The notes below the pieces were generated by a model that saw only the letters and a list, made by a program, of their open reading frames with translations, had not been told where the DNA came from and ran no database searches. A stretch of DNA of 64,000 bases from NCBI RefSeq assembly GCF_018977255.1, contig NW_024704743.1, positions 45,820,001-45,884,000 on the forward strand. Direction: 5' to 3'. Every line of letters begins with the position of its first letter. Position 1 is the first letter of the stretch. Shown here in pieces: positions 1-12,337 of this stretch. Made by a program: the position numbers and the translations under genes. Source of the stretch: Callorhinchus milii (lineage: Eukaryota).

Positions 1-512
1 ACTAAGACCTATACCTACGTACACAGCTATAATGCAGGTCCTTCATGCTTCATGCAGGAGGCAAGCATGTATAGACAGTTATTGATAACACTGAATATTT
101 ATGCAACAGAATCAGCAGTATTATAAGTTTTTTTTAACACAAGGTGTGATTCTGAAGAGGCTCTGGAAGAATGTGACTAATACTTCTGCTGAGAGGCAGA
201 ACTGAAACAAGGAAAGGAGCATAACAGCTGCCAAACGTAGAAGTTAAGATGCTCCGTTTATGTTGCTGAGACTGTTTGTTCATACCAAGCTGAAGGCTCA
301 TAGAAGATGTTAATCAGGTTCTGTTCTGTACTGCACTGAAACTTTTCTATTCAATCATCAGATAATTCTAAACATTGTACATCTGTAGACTTGTCTCAGT
401 TGCCCCTAGACAAGAGCAAAACCCTCTTACATCAGCAACCAGCACATACTGTATATGGCATCTTCCATGGAGGATGAATGTCCATCAGAAATCTTGAGAG
501 CTCTTAAAATCC

Positions 513-799
513 ACTTGACTGGCTCGAGCCTCCTGCATACCCCTCGTGACTTGCATTCCACCACTGGTGGCCACACTTTCAGCCACTAGGCCCCGAAATT
601 CTGGAACATTTCCTCTATCCTCCCTCCACCTTGACCCTTCCTTCGCGATCTTCAGGTCGTGCCTAAAGACATTCCTGTTCGACCGTGCCTACAGTCACAT
701 CCCCGTCCCCCTGACTCGGCGTCATGCTCTTCCACTGTCCAGCACTCAGGTACACTACCTGCTTGAGGTGTGCTATATAAATGCAAGTAGTTGTTGTTG
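513..799 (+). mobile_element. L2 LINE 3' fragment (lineage B), inserted in an older Deu-domain SINE
   Basis: Degenerate ORF2 C-terminus ([10 protein letters not shown]) and terminal ctatataaatgcaagtagttgttgttg; Deu-domain sequence (gtcctggccaacaatcctcc) resumes at ~800. Confidence 0.85.
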
Positions 800-854
800 A
801 AAAGAGAAAGTTGTTTCTCCTCATGTCCTGGCCAACAATCCTCCAGATAAACGA

Positions 855-1163
855 AATAATAATAATAATAATCCTTGCAATTGATATAGTGCTTTTCACT
901 TGTTCTAGAGCTCTTCACAGAATATACTGTAAAGTGAATTGACCGTATATTTGTGGGCGAAACGCAGCAGCCAATTGCGCACAGCAGTGCCCCATAAACA
1001 GTCGTGGATTGAAAATCACCAATTTATTATTGTTTTGTTTTGGAGGGATTATTATTAGGCTTGTGGAGTAAGGAAACTTTCCCAAGGTTTCGCTCTGCCT
1101 GGAATTGAACCCAGGTGTCTCATTTGCAAGGCAAGTGCTCTAACCACTGAGCTACAGGACTCC
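855..1163 (-). mobile_element. Young tRNA-derived SINE, short form
   Basis: Minus strand reads GGAGTCCTGTAGCTCAGTGGTTAGAGCAC (A box), GTTCAATTCC (B box), body shared with 15440/25258/40217/43542, (ATT)n tail. Confidence 0.92.
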
Positions 1164-1402
1164 ACAAATCACTTAATTTACAGTAAAATCCTGTGAAGTG
1201 CTTTGAGAAGTTTTGATAATGTGATAAGATGCTGTACCACGTGTAAGGATTATTATTATTATACATGTAAGATACATGTAAGTAAACAGATAAGCAAATT
1301 CACTGTTCTCCTACATTTTGTATATGCAGATTTTATTTTTGAAAAAGGCTTGAAAATACAGCAGTGTGTTGGTGTGTATTATCCCAACTTTGCACCTCTT
1401 GG

Positions 1403-1560
1403 TTTACATGTGGGAGGAAGTGACTGCACAGAATGTGTATTGATGCTCTGGTTTTAGAAACTTGGTAAAGTTACTGTTTGACCACAGGTATCCTGTCTCT
1501 ATGGGAGGTGGGGGGGTTGATACACCTTTTCCAAGGTGTTTTTTGGTCAATGCTCAGGCT
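1403..1560 (+). repeat. Unclassified ~160 bp diverged direct repeat, copy 1
   Basis: tttacatgtgggaggaagtgactgcacagaatgtgtattgatg...caggtatcctgt...caaggtgtttt aligns with 2826-2980. Confidence 0.75.
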
Positions 1561-2509
1561 AAAAGTGCAATGTAGGCGAAGTGAGACCTTATCTGTGCAT
1601 ACATGCTGCCCACAACCAACAGAAAAAAACACAATGTGGCTTTAGCAAGCAAAACGCCCACATTCACTTTTTCAAATTATTCCCTTACACTGTGAGTGCG
1701 CATGTGCAAAATAAATAGTTGAGATTGGGTGGATTTTGCATAAATGATAGTATTCATAACTTTTGAATGTAATGCAAATAGTACAGCACATTATAAGGGT
1801 TCTGAGATAATGCCCTGCACGAAGGACCCTATATAAATGCAAGTTGTTGTTGTGTAGAAATTGGGAATATTCATTTTTAAAAGTTTTAACCTATTCAGAA
1901 ACACCAATTGTAAAATTGGATGGTATCATGGTAAGTGTACACAATGCAGCATTTGATGCTGATCCAGCATTTTTTGACGTATGAGAGATATAGCTGAACA
2001 ATGTAATGTCTACGTTCTGTTAATTCACATATCGCAGTCATTTAATCTATCCAATGGTAACTTAAATGATGCTAAATTTATCATCTTAATAACTGATAAT
2101 GCACCATTTAACCTTTGTTAATAAGTTCAGCTATGAATCCATTTGCCAGCAAATCCTCCTGTTTGATTATCAAACACAAATCATATCATTACCTCAGGGA
2201 AAGAAAAGGCTTTGCTGAAGGATTTTGCAACAACTTGCATTTATATAGCACCTTTCACATAGCATAAACATATCAAAATACTTCATAAAGACCAGTCAAA
2301 TGATATCTGCAAATAGAGGAAAGAGAGTTTAATGGCACTGATCAAAGATACATTCCACAAGAATACAATAGTTTGGGGAATAGTAATATATTAATTTTAA
2401 TGATTGTTTTTAATGATTGGCTGTGTATTTGGATTTCCTGGTGTGTGATTAGGTGCCACACAGAAGACTAGAGGAAAATCTGAATATGTATGGAATAGGT
2501 TAAAAGGTG

Positions 2510-2765
2510 TAACCCTGTCTCAGGTGGGAACACTGCTACCTCTGAGTCAGAAGGTTGTCGTTTCAAGCCCCACAATGGGACGTAGAGCTCACATAGGCTT
2601 GGCTGACACTCCAATGAGGTACCCGAATAGCACTGCATTGTTGGAGGTGTCATCCTTCAGATGAGGCGTTAAACCAAGATCCTGTCTGCCTGTTCAGGTG
2701 GATGTAAAAGATCCCATGGCACTATTTGAAACGCAAAGGGTATTTCTCCCAGTGTCCTGGCCAGT
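2510..2765 (+). mobile_element. Deu-domain (DeuSINE-type) tRNA SINE, 5' half
   Basis: tRNA-like head (ctcaggtgggaacact..ctctgagtcagaaggtt..ttcaagcccc) and Deu core ggaggtgtcatccttcagatgaggcgttaaacc...aaagatcccatggcactattt...gtgtcctggcca. Confidence 0.85.
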
Positions 2766-2825
2766 GCAGACTCAATGGGCTGAATGGCCTTGATGTAAAT
2801 TTCTATGAACTCTGTTTCTAATTAG

Positions 2826-2980
2826 TTTACATGTGAGAGGAAGTGACTACACAAAGTGTGCATTGATGGACTGGTTTTTCAAACTCGATAAAGCTTCTGT
2901 CTGTCCCAAGCAAGTTGGGGTCAGGTATCCTGTGGCCACAAGGTTGGGCTTCACCTTTCTCAAGGTGTTTTCAATCAGGG
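2826..2980 (+). repeat. Unclassified ~160 bp diverged direct repeat, copy 2
   Basis: Aligns with 1403-1560. Confidence 0.75.
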
Positions 2981-2984
2981 CTTA

Positions 2985-3330
2985 ATAATATTATTAACAA
3001 TAATAATCCTTATATTTGATATAGTGCCATATCATGTATTCGAGGTGTCCCAAAGCACTTACATAATATACTGTAAGGTGAATTGACTGCATACTTTGTG
3101 GGCAAAACATGGCAGCCAATTGTGCACAGCAGTGTGATGGATTGATTGACCAAATTATTTTTTTGAAGGGATTATTATCCCCAGAAAAGCGATCCACCAA
3201 TTGACTAACAACCAGGTTCCTACTTACTGCTAGGTAAACAGAGGCGTGTTGAGTAAGGAAACTTGCCCAACGTTTTGCACTGCCCGGGCATCAAACCCAG
3301 GTCCCTCGCTTGCGAGTGCTCTATCCACTG
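2985..3330 (-). mobile_element. tRNA-derived SINE, long form (extra ~60 bp internal block)
   Basis: Same head, body and tail as the short form plus ccagaaaagcgatcc...tactgctaggtaaacag at ~3180-3241. Confidence 0.88.
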
Positions 3331-3409
3331 CTTTATCTAAAACTGCTAAGTGTTATGAGTAGACCTGGGTGAGGGGGAAGGGAGGCTAGTTAGCAAGACA
3401 GTAAGAAGA

Positions 3410-3655
3410 GCGGACCAATTTAAGTTAGTATCAAAAGAATTAGAGGGATGTTTAGGAAAAAAATCTTGATAGAGAGGATATTTGGAACATGGAGTTCTCT
3501 GTCACAAACTGTTATTGAATCAGAATCCATAGGTTATTTTTAAAGGGAATTAAACAAAACCCTGAACGAGATACTGATTTTTCCTAGGGTTTGCGACCAC
3601 CAGGAAGGTGGAAGGCGAACTAGCTCTTTTTGTCTAAACTTTCTTATGTTCTTTT
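3410..3655 (+). mobile_element. Old CR1 LINE 3' fragment
   Basis: Degenerate CR1 ORF2 C-terminal region and ttcttatgttct tail; 3' UTR similar to 39300-39393. Confidence 0.65.
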
Positions 3656-3689
3656 GTACATCTTGTCAAAGTTTGATTCAAAGTTATAC

Positions 3690-3762
3690 AGACTTCTGGA
3701 TCAGATGTTTATGGGTTCAAGCCCAACATCAGGGTTTTGAGCTCACCATCTCCACTGAGACT
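3690..3762 (+). mobile_element. Deu-domain SINE head, split by the L2 (body continues at 6318-6710)
   Basis: tcagatgtttatgggttcaagcccaac...gagctcaccatctccactgagact; SINE resumes as ccagcacagtactaggagag after the L2 tail. Confidence 0.75.
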
Positions 3763-6163
3763 TCTCTTCCCTGCTCTCCTCACTCAACCTCTCCTTACAC
3801 ATAAACTCCCCCACTCACAGTCACGGCCACCCACTCGATTTGGTGATCACCCGGGGCCTCAGTGTCTCGGATGTCACTATTACCGACAAGGCCATCTCTG
3901 ACCACTACTTCATCTCCTTCACCACCTCCACCCCCCTCCCCACCTCCAACAGACCCACCACCATCTTCTACCGCCCTTGGAAGAAGTTACCCCCACAATC
4001 CCTAACCGATGCCTTGGAGTCCTCTGAACTCCTCTCCCTCTGGCCTTCAACCCTCACCGACCCCTCTTCTCCTCTCTCCCTCCTCCACAATACCCTCTCC
4101 TCCACACTCGATACTCTTGCCCCCATCACTTCCCGCACTGTCTCCTACTCCCGCTCCTCCCCCTGGTACACCACCCACCTCCGCTCACTGAAAAGCCAGG
4201 TGCGGGCTGCTGAACGCACCTGTGTCAAATCTGGCCTAACGGTCCACCGACAAATCTGGCTGGACCTCCTCAAAATTTACCGCTCCACTCTAGCCTCGGC
4301 CAAGTCGTCCTTCTACTCCAGGATAATCCTGGAGGCGAAGAACAACCCCAGGCTACTGTTTTCCACCACAACCCGACTCCTCCGTNCCCCCCGCCACCCC
4401 GCGCAGGTCATCTCCTCCAACCTTCACTGCGAGGAGATGCTGGATTTCCTTGAATCCAAGATCAAGGGAATTCGCTCCGCGGTCACTTCCCCTCCAACAT
4501 CCACCAACCCCCCACTCCCTCACTCCCACACTCCGACTCCTACCCATCCTCCCCTACTCACTTTTTTGTACCCGTTTCCCCACCCTCTGTCACTAAACTC
4601 ATCCTATCCCTAAAACCAACCACCTGCTCCCTTGACCCCATCCCCACTCCACTCCTTATCTCCCAGCTCCACTTTCTTGCCCCACATATCACCGACATCA
4701 TCAACCTGTCCCTCTCCTCTGGCTCTGTCCCCATTCCATTAAAAACTGCCACCATCACGCCCACCCTGAAAAAACCCTCCCTTGATGCGTCGCAGCTATC
4801 AAGCTACCGGCCCATCTCCAACCTCCCCTTTCTCTCCAAGGTCCTGGAAAGAGTTGTCGCCTCCCAACTGCGCTCTTTCCTTTCCACCCATTCTCTTTTC
4901 GAACCCCTTCAGTCAGGTTTCCGTGCTGCCCATAGCACAGAAACTGCCCTGGTCAAGGTCACCAATGATATCCTGACCATCTGTGACCAGGGCTCCCTCT
5001 GCCTCCTCGTCCTCCTCGACCTATCGGCAGCATTCGATACGGTCGACCACGCTATCCTACTCCACCGCTTGTCCTCCCACCTCAACCTTCAAGGCACTGT
5101 CCTTGAATGGTTTAGGTCGTACCTTTCTCACCGTCTTCACTTTGTCTCGACGAATGGCTTCTCCTCCACCCCCCGTACTGTCTCATGTGGTGTCCCTCAG
5201 GGCTCTGTCCTCGGTCCCCTCCTCTTCACCCTCTATATGCTCCCCCTCGGTGACATCATCCGCAGACATGGAGTTAACTTCCACATGTATGCGGATGACA
5301 CCCAACTCTACCTTTCCTCCTCTACTCTCAACTCCACGACCACCGATGTCCTGACAGCCTGCCTGTCCGACATCGAGTCCTGGACGAGAGACAACTTTCT
5401 TCAGCTCAACGTGCGAAAAACCGAGGCCCTCCTGATTGGCTCACGTCAGCGCCTCCGCACCTCAGGCGCTGACACCATCAGCATCCAAGGCTGCACTCTC
5501 CACCTCTCAAAGCCAGTCAGGAACCTCGGCGTTTTGTTCGACCCTGAGCTGTCCTTTCTCCCTCACATCCGCACCACAACTGGCACCGCCTTCCATCACC
5601 TCCGGAACATCGCCAGACTACGGCATTACCTCACCCCTCACGCTGCTGAAACCCTGGTTCACGCCTTTGTCACCTCAAGGCTGGACTATGGGAACTCTCT
5701 CCTCGCCGGCCTTCCCGCCACCTCCCTCCACAAGCTGCAGGTCATTCAGAACTCTGCAGCTCGTGTACTGTCCCGCACCAGGCTTCGCGACCACATCACT
5801 CCCACCCTCGCTCGCCTCCACTGGCTCCCCATCCCCCAGAGGATCGAATTCAAGATCCTCATCCTCACCTACAAGGCCAACCTCTCCAACCTACTATCCC
5901 CCAACCTACCTGCCCGTACCCTCCGTTCCTCTGGCTCCGGTCTGCTCCACGTCCCCCGCCCCAATCGCCCTACCATCGGTGGTCGGGCCTTCAGCCTCTC
6001 AGCCCCGAGGCTCTGGAACTCTATCCCCCAGTGCCTTCGCCTTGCTTCCTCCCTTTCCTCCTTCAAGGCCGGTCTCAAAACCTTTCTCTTTGACCGTGCC
6101 TTCAGCTCCCCTCTCGACTCTCTTCCCCCTCCTCGCTCCCTCCCTTCCCTCCCCTCACCCTGA
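3762..6163 (+). pseudogene. L2 ORF2 (endonuclease/reverse transcriptase), N-terminally truncated, one frameshift near 4565
   Basis: PTHSHGHPLDLVI and ISDHYFI (APE), [75 protein letters not shown] frame is open from ~4566 to 6163. Confidence 0.95.
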
Positions 6164-6317
6164 CCATTTCCCCCCTCCTCGCTCCCTCCCTTCCCTCCCC
6201 TCACCCTGACCATTTCCCCCCTGCTCGGGTCATGACCCAACTGTGCAGCGCCTTGGGACGTCCTCCTGACGTGAAAGGCGCTCTATAAATGGAATCTTGT
6301 TGTTGTTGTTGTTGTTG
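3763..6317 (+). mobile_element. Young 5'-truncated L2 LINE (lineage A), ~2.55 kb
   Basis: End of APE endonuclease, full RT, 3' stem-loop agcgccttgggacgtcctcctgacgtgaaaggcgct, (TTG)n tail, candidate TSD TGAGACT at 3756-3762 and 6316-6322. Confidence 0.97.
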
Positions 6318-6710
6318 AGACTCCAGCACAGTACTAGGAGAGCCTTGCGTTGATAAATGAATAATTCGCTTCATGGTTTGTGGAACACTGCATTGCGCAA
6401 ACTGACAACAATTTCGAATCTAGGCTCGCAGCGCTGACGAACGCTACATTGTCAGAGGTACCATTCTATCGATGAGACATTAAACCAATCTGCCTATTCA
6501 ATTTGGCGTTAAAAGTTCCACGGCTCTATTTAAAGAGAGAATAGAGTTTCTCTTGCTATTGTAGCCTACAATCCGCCAGATAAATAGGTCATTCACCTCA
6601 GGGATGTTTGTGGGACCTTGCTGTGCATGAAACGGCTGTGTTTCCCTGCCAAAAGCAGTCACTACACTTTATAGTAATTTCTGTAAACACTTTCAAGACC
6701 TTTCGAGGCA
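6318..6710 (+). mobile_element. Deu-domain SINE body (3' part of the split element, possibly two nested copies)
   Basis: Deu motifs gtcagaggtaccattctatcgatgagacattaaacc and tgtttgtgggaccttgctgtgc. Confidence 0.7.
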
Positions 6711-7602
6711 GCATAAAAGTTGAAATGAAAAAAACAGAGATTACTATATTAATCTTACAATATAGTATAGATAGCAATGTTCACCCGTGCACAGCCCACT
6801 CCTGTTAAAAATCCATTAAGATCTCCATGGTTGGCTTTAATATTTAGCATCCAAAACAAGCCAATTGTTTTTACACCCTGTGTAATCAACAGGCCTCTGT
6901 CACATCACCCGGGGGATGAGGGGCGATTACCATTGACCTGGAGAGAGACCTGAGCCAGCTTCTGCGACAAGGTGACAAGTTCGCCAGACTGCTCAAGCTG
7001 GCAGAAACCTGCAAAAAAACATCTCCCCCCCCACTCCACCCTCCCTCCCCCCCCCCACCCCGGGGAGAAATGAGTCAGAAAAAGTCACAGTCTGTCTCCA
7101 TGGCAGCAGGAAAAGTCAACTGACTTTTATGCTTTCACAATAACTTTGCAGCTGATCACTGAACCAGTAAAGTTTTTAAAACTAATTTACAGAAAGAAAA
7201 CAAATAGGAAACACTTGTATTACAATAAAACTATGCTGCAAAAGGTTTCTCCCATTCCCTCCCTGAGTCTTGGCTCTTTTTCTTTTTACTGGCGTTCGTA
7301 ATACATTAAGCTGATCTGGAGGAGTTCTACTACAGGAAGTAGATTATGTTGGAGGTGAGTTCCCACAGGTTGGTGTGATGTGAGATCCATTTGTTTCTCA
7401 GTCTCTTTATGAGGGAATCTTCCTGTTGGAAATCAACGCATTTTTAAACCCAATGAAAAGATCACATTTGGCCTTTTTTTTTCTGGCTGTTCCTATGGTT
7501 ATTTAAGTAGTAGACTGATAGGATAAAGGCTCCTGCAAGTTTCCACCCAGATATGAGCTTTATCTAATGGCATCAATTATCCCACATCTGGGTGGGCACA
7601 TT

Positions 7603-8025
7603 TCAGCCTGACTCAGTTGGTAGCACTCACAGCCCACAGTCGGAAGGTTGGGGGTTCAAGCTCTACACTTCAATACTGCGCTCCACTGCATTGTCGGATG
7701 TGGGCTTCTTCACACAAATTGTTAAACCAATCTCCCACCCGCCTGTTTAGATGGATGTTAAAGATTTCACTATTCAAAACGATAAATGAATTTATCAAGT
7801 GTCTTGGCCAACAATCCTCCAGGTAAAAATGGTTATTCACTTCACAGCTGTATTTGGGACATTGGTGTGTGCAAATTGATTGCCATATTTGCCTACACAG
7901 TCACTACACTTCACACTAAATATTCTGTTAAGCACTTTTGAGACATTTCAACACTGTGATAAAGCACTATATCAAATGAGAGGACTATTATTATTAGTAG
8001 TATTGTTATTATTATTATTATTATC
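7603..8025 (+). mobile_element. Near-full-length Deu-domain tRNA SINE
   Basis: tcagcctgactcagttggtagcactc head, Deu core, tail tatatcaaatgagaggactattatt. Confidence 0.85.
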
Positions 8026-8027
8026 AT

Positions 8028-8226
8028 CACTCTCCCTCAATCCCTCCGCCTTGCCACCTCTCTTCCCTTTCCCAAGTCCCACCTGAAAACCTTCCTTTTA
8101 TGCCGTGCTTACAGTCACCTCCCCCCCACTCCTCAGCTCGGAATCAGGCTCCACCACTGTTAAGCATTCTGAGACTCTACCCTGCATGGAAGACGCTATA
8201 TAAGTGCAAGTTGTTGTTGTTGTTGT
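8028..8226 (+). mobile_element. L2 3' fragment (lineage B)
   Basis: cctgaaaaccttcct..ccgtgcttac; ctatataagtgcaagttgttgttg tail. Confidence 0.88.
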
Positions 8227-9879
8227 TAGTATCATCATCATGTTATGTCATTCCTGTCTTGTTCCAAATTTACAGGTAAACTTGTCACATAAAACAGGAA
8301 CCATGGTATCTTGTTTTTATGACTGATGATAAAATCACGAGTGAAAAAGTTTGAGTGACCTTGTATCACAAGTTCAACAGAGCCGCCCTAACCCTCCCAC
8401 TGTGGCTTGTGACATTTTTCTATTTCCACACTTGTACAGTTCCTATGACCTTACTAAGTGATATTGGCCAATTTAATTTTCTGACTCGAAAGGTAGTTTG
8501 TGTCAAAGGAGAAATTGTTTATGCAACAGTTTTGTATTTACTTGGAGGAGTAAGAGCCTAGATGGCCATATCTATACAAATAGGTTTGATGGGCTGAGTG
8601 ACCTGCTTCTGTTTCTACTTTCCTGTGTATCAATGTGCCAGTATTAATGTTGAGATTCACAGCGTCTTAAGTGCTATGAGACGTTCTCCCAATTAGAAAG
8701 GCACTATATAAATGTAAATTGTAACTTTAATTAGTATTATACATTCATGCAAAGCAATTGATTCCGAGCTCCCCTGGTGGCATAGTAAGTAAAGGCATCA
8801 CCTAGTGCAGTTTTAGATTATGAACAGAAGTTGGAATCTGCGCTTACTTTTTCCATGTTTCTATTTTGGTGACTGTGGCAGGGACAGCGGTTGCCCCCAT
8901 TTACACTCAGGAAGACAGGGCAGGCGTTTGCAGGGTGATGAAATTCCGTATGTATGCGATAACATCTGGTGTCCGATAATTTACACATGTACAAAACCTA
9001 TAGAAATATATTTTTGTGATTGACACAGAGGCTGGGGGATGCATCTAAATATCAAGTGGCCTCGGTCCTGGGCTCTTTTTCCCCATTACCCCACCTTGAT
9101 TAATTCCTCATGATTTTGAATGTGTGCAACGTATGTGATATGTACGCTCGAAAGATGACATTAAAACATCTGCAACTCAACTTCTGTCCTCTTATTTAGG
9201 TAATTAGGAAAAACAAGGCTCAATTTCCATCGAGGAGAACCCAGAAATCACTGGGATATCTAAATGCAAATGCTACACTGTAAGCAACACAATCAAACCA
9301 ACACTCTTACAGACAGCATTAGCAGACATCAGAAAGGAGACTTTGATCTCTTTGGTCTGGACTGCATTCAAAGGATTATAACCCATTGTGCCACCAAGTC
9401 TCCAGAAAGCCTAAAGTGATTTGTGAATCCACAATAGTATTTGCATATCTATCTCTTTGTTTATTTCGTCTAGACCGCTTTAGAAATATTTAATCACACT
9501 TTATTGAGATTGTACCAAGGAAAGGATACAACAATATGGTGTTAAATAACAAACAAGTGTAAGACTGGAATGCCAAAATGTTCTTCTTTGCCAAACATAA
9601 TATCTGTTATTTAGGAAAATTAAACTTTGGAGATTCCCATTCATAGGATTCCAATTTTGTCCCCATCCACTTCAGTCCCATCATCAGCAGTCATTATCAG
9701 TGCACTCCAGTGCTGCCTGGCTCAGGAACCGGACTACCAAGACCACCTCACTGTCAAGCATATCACCTCACTTACCCCCTCCCCCAAGGAGGATGGGAGA
9801 GATTCCACATCACATGTCTCTTCAGGTAATATGGTTCTGATATGTAAATACAGCACAATACTCTCTCATGAATGCTGTT

Positions 9880-11663
9880 TAGCACTGCACATTGAAAGCA
9901 TCCGCTTGACTGCATCATCCTCCCCCACACCCCATGTTCCCTTCCGGCCCACCCGCACCATTTCTTCCTTCGCCATGGCTCCTGCCACTCCCCCTTCTTT
10001 ATACTCCTTTGCCCCCATTCCTTCCTGCCCCCTCTCAACCACAATCATCCAGATGAAGTTCACCATCTGCTACCTCGACCCCCTCCCCACTCAGCTGTTG
10101 GTCACTCAACTCCCCTTTCTCTCCCCTCCGCTGGCCGACACGGTCAACCAGTTTCTCTCCTCAGGCTCTGTTCCATTCTCCCTGAAAACCGCTGTTATCA
10201 CACCCCTCCTCAAAAAACCCACCCTCGATCCCTCTAATCTCTCACGCTACCATCCCATCTCCAACCTACCCTTCCTTGCCAAAGTCCTGGAACACATTGT
10301 TGCAGGTCAACGTCAGTCACACCTCTCCCTCCATTCCCTCCTCGAGCCCCTGCAGGCTGGTTTTCGCCCTGCCCACAGCACAGAGACAGCGCTTGTCAAA
10401 GTCAAAAATTACATTCTCTCTATCTGTGGCCAGGGCTCCCTCTGACTCCTCGTCCTCCTGGATCTCTCTGCCGTGTTCGCCACAGTCGACCACACCATCC
10501 TCCTCCATCGCTTCTCCTCTCTCATCCACTTTAGTAGGACCGCATTCACATGGTTTGAGACCTACTTAACCAACCACCTCCATTTCATCTCGGCAAATGA
10601 TTTCTCCTCCCACTCCCTCCCAGTCAACTGCGGGGTACCCCAGGGCTCCTTCCTTGGCCACTCTTCTTTTCCTTATCTATATGCTTCATCTGGGCGATGT
10701 CATCCGCAGACACGGGGTAAACTTCCACATGTATGTGAATGTGACACAAATCTACTTTGCCTCCTCCAGTACCAACTCCAAGTCCACCAATGTTCTATCA
10801 ACTTGTCTGGCAGACATCAGGGCCTGGATGACTGTAAACTTCCTGCAGCTGAATGTGGACAAGATGGATACCATAGTCCTTGGCTTCCATCAATGTCTTC
10901 ACTCCTGCGGATTTAACCTCCCTGGGCTCTTCATCAGACTCACCAAACCAATGTGCAATCTAGGCATCCGGTTCGACCTCCAGCTGTCCTTTCTCCCTCT
11001 CATCCAGACCCTGACCAGGACCGACTTCTTCCATCTCTACCACACTGCCTGCCTCTGACTGTACCTTACCCCAAATACAGCCGAAACCCTCGTGCATGTG
11101 TTTGTCACTTCCTGCTTGCATTACTGAAACACGCTCCTCGCTGGTCTCCCCAGCTCCACCATTCACAAGATTCAGCTCATTCAAAACTCTGCCGCCCGCC
11201 TACTGACCCGGACCAAACTCCGTACTCACATTTCACCAGTTTTGGCCAGGCTCCACTGGCTCCCCATCACCAAACAGATTGACTTCAAGATCCTCACACT
11301 TGTGTTCAAATTCCTTTACTCTCTGGGACCTCCCTACCTCTCCAATCTCCTCACTCCCCAATCCACCACCCAGCACTTCCACTCGACTGGCATGGCCTCC
11401 TGCTCATCCCTTTCACCCTCCACCCCACCAACAGAGGTCGCGCTTTCAGCCACTACACCCCGAAACTCTGGAACATTCTTCCCCATTCCCTCCGCCTTGA
11501 CCCCTCTCTCTCCTTTTTCAAGTCCAGCCTGAAAATCTTCCTCTTTGACCGTACTTACGGCCACCTCCACCCCGCAGCTCGGAGTCAGGCTCCGCCACTG
11601 TTAAGCACTCTGAGACGCTGCACTGTGTGGAGAGAGCTATATAAGTGCAAATTGTTGTTGTTG
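9880..11663 (+). mobile_element. Degenerate 5'-truncated L2 LINE (lineage B); 5' boundary approximate, may reach ~9700
   Basis: Broken [44 protein letters not shown], with stops and frameshifts; tail ataagtgcaaattgttgttgttg. Confidence 0.93.
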
Positions 11664-12337
11664 CACAACACCTTGCAAATCTAGCGAAATATCATCTGCT
11701 ACTGCCAATGAACTTCAGATACTCCTAAAAGAGAGCAATGGGTTCTGTGACTGGACTATGATACTCTTCATAGTCGATCTGATTCAGTACTGCTCTGAGT
11801 CGGTGTGTATTATTGCTTCTGTGACTATCATTCAACATTATAGTGACTTCGAGTCAAGCATACTCTACATACAATGATACTCTACATCATTCACGAGTGC
11901 ACTGAGCCTTATACATTCCAAAAGAAGTGTAATACTCTCCTGTGAACTCTCGTGTCTTTGAGCATTGCAACGAGATCTACCTGAAAATGACAATATGCCC
12001 TGTCACTTTTGCAACACAAGTGATATGTAGACAGAGCGTTAGTAAAGTATGCTGTCTGTATAAAACAACAGAACTTAGGACCTGAGTAAAAGGCTTTAGT
12101 AATGAAACTCAACTAAGCTCTCACAGTTTAAAGGAAAATCTTCTCAATTAGGTTACAATCTTATATTGTACTCGCCCCATTAATCTTCATTCATTCTTTT
12201 TACCATTTGGCTTATGAAACAAACACAATCTCAGGAAAGCTCTTGTTATTTGGTTGAAGTTCACAAAATGGTTTAGCGATTGCTGTTTAGTGTACAGCAT
12301 GTTGAATGATAGCCTTTCTCCACAAGCTGCAGATAAT

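Noticed and set aside
5436..6240. Long Pro/Ser-rich and Gly/Arg-rich ORFs (5436..6209 +, 5869..6240 -) and similar ORFs over other L2 copies
   Set aside because: Alternative-frame or antisense shadows of C-rich L2 ORF2
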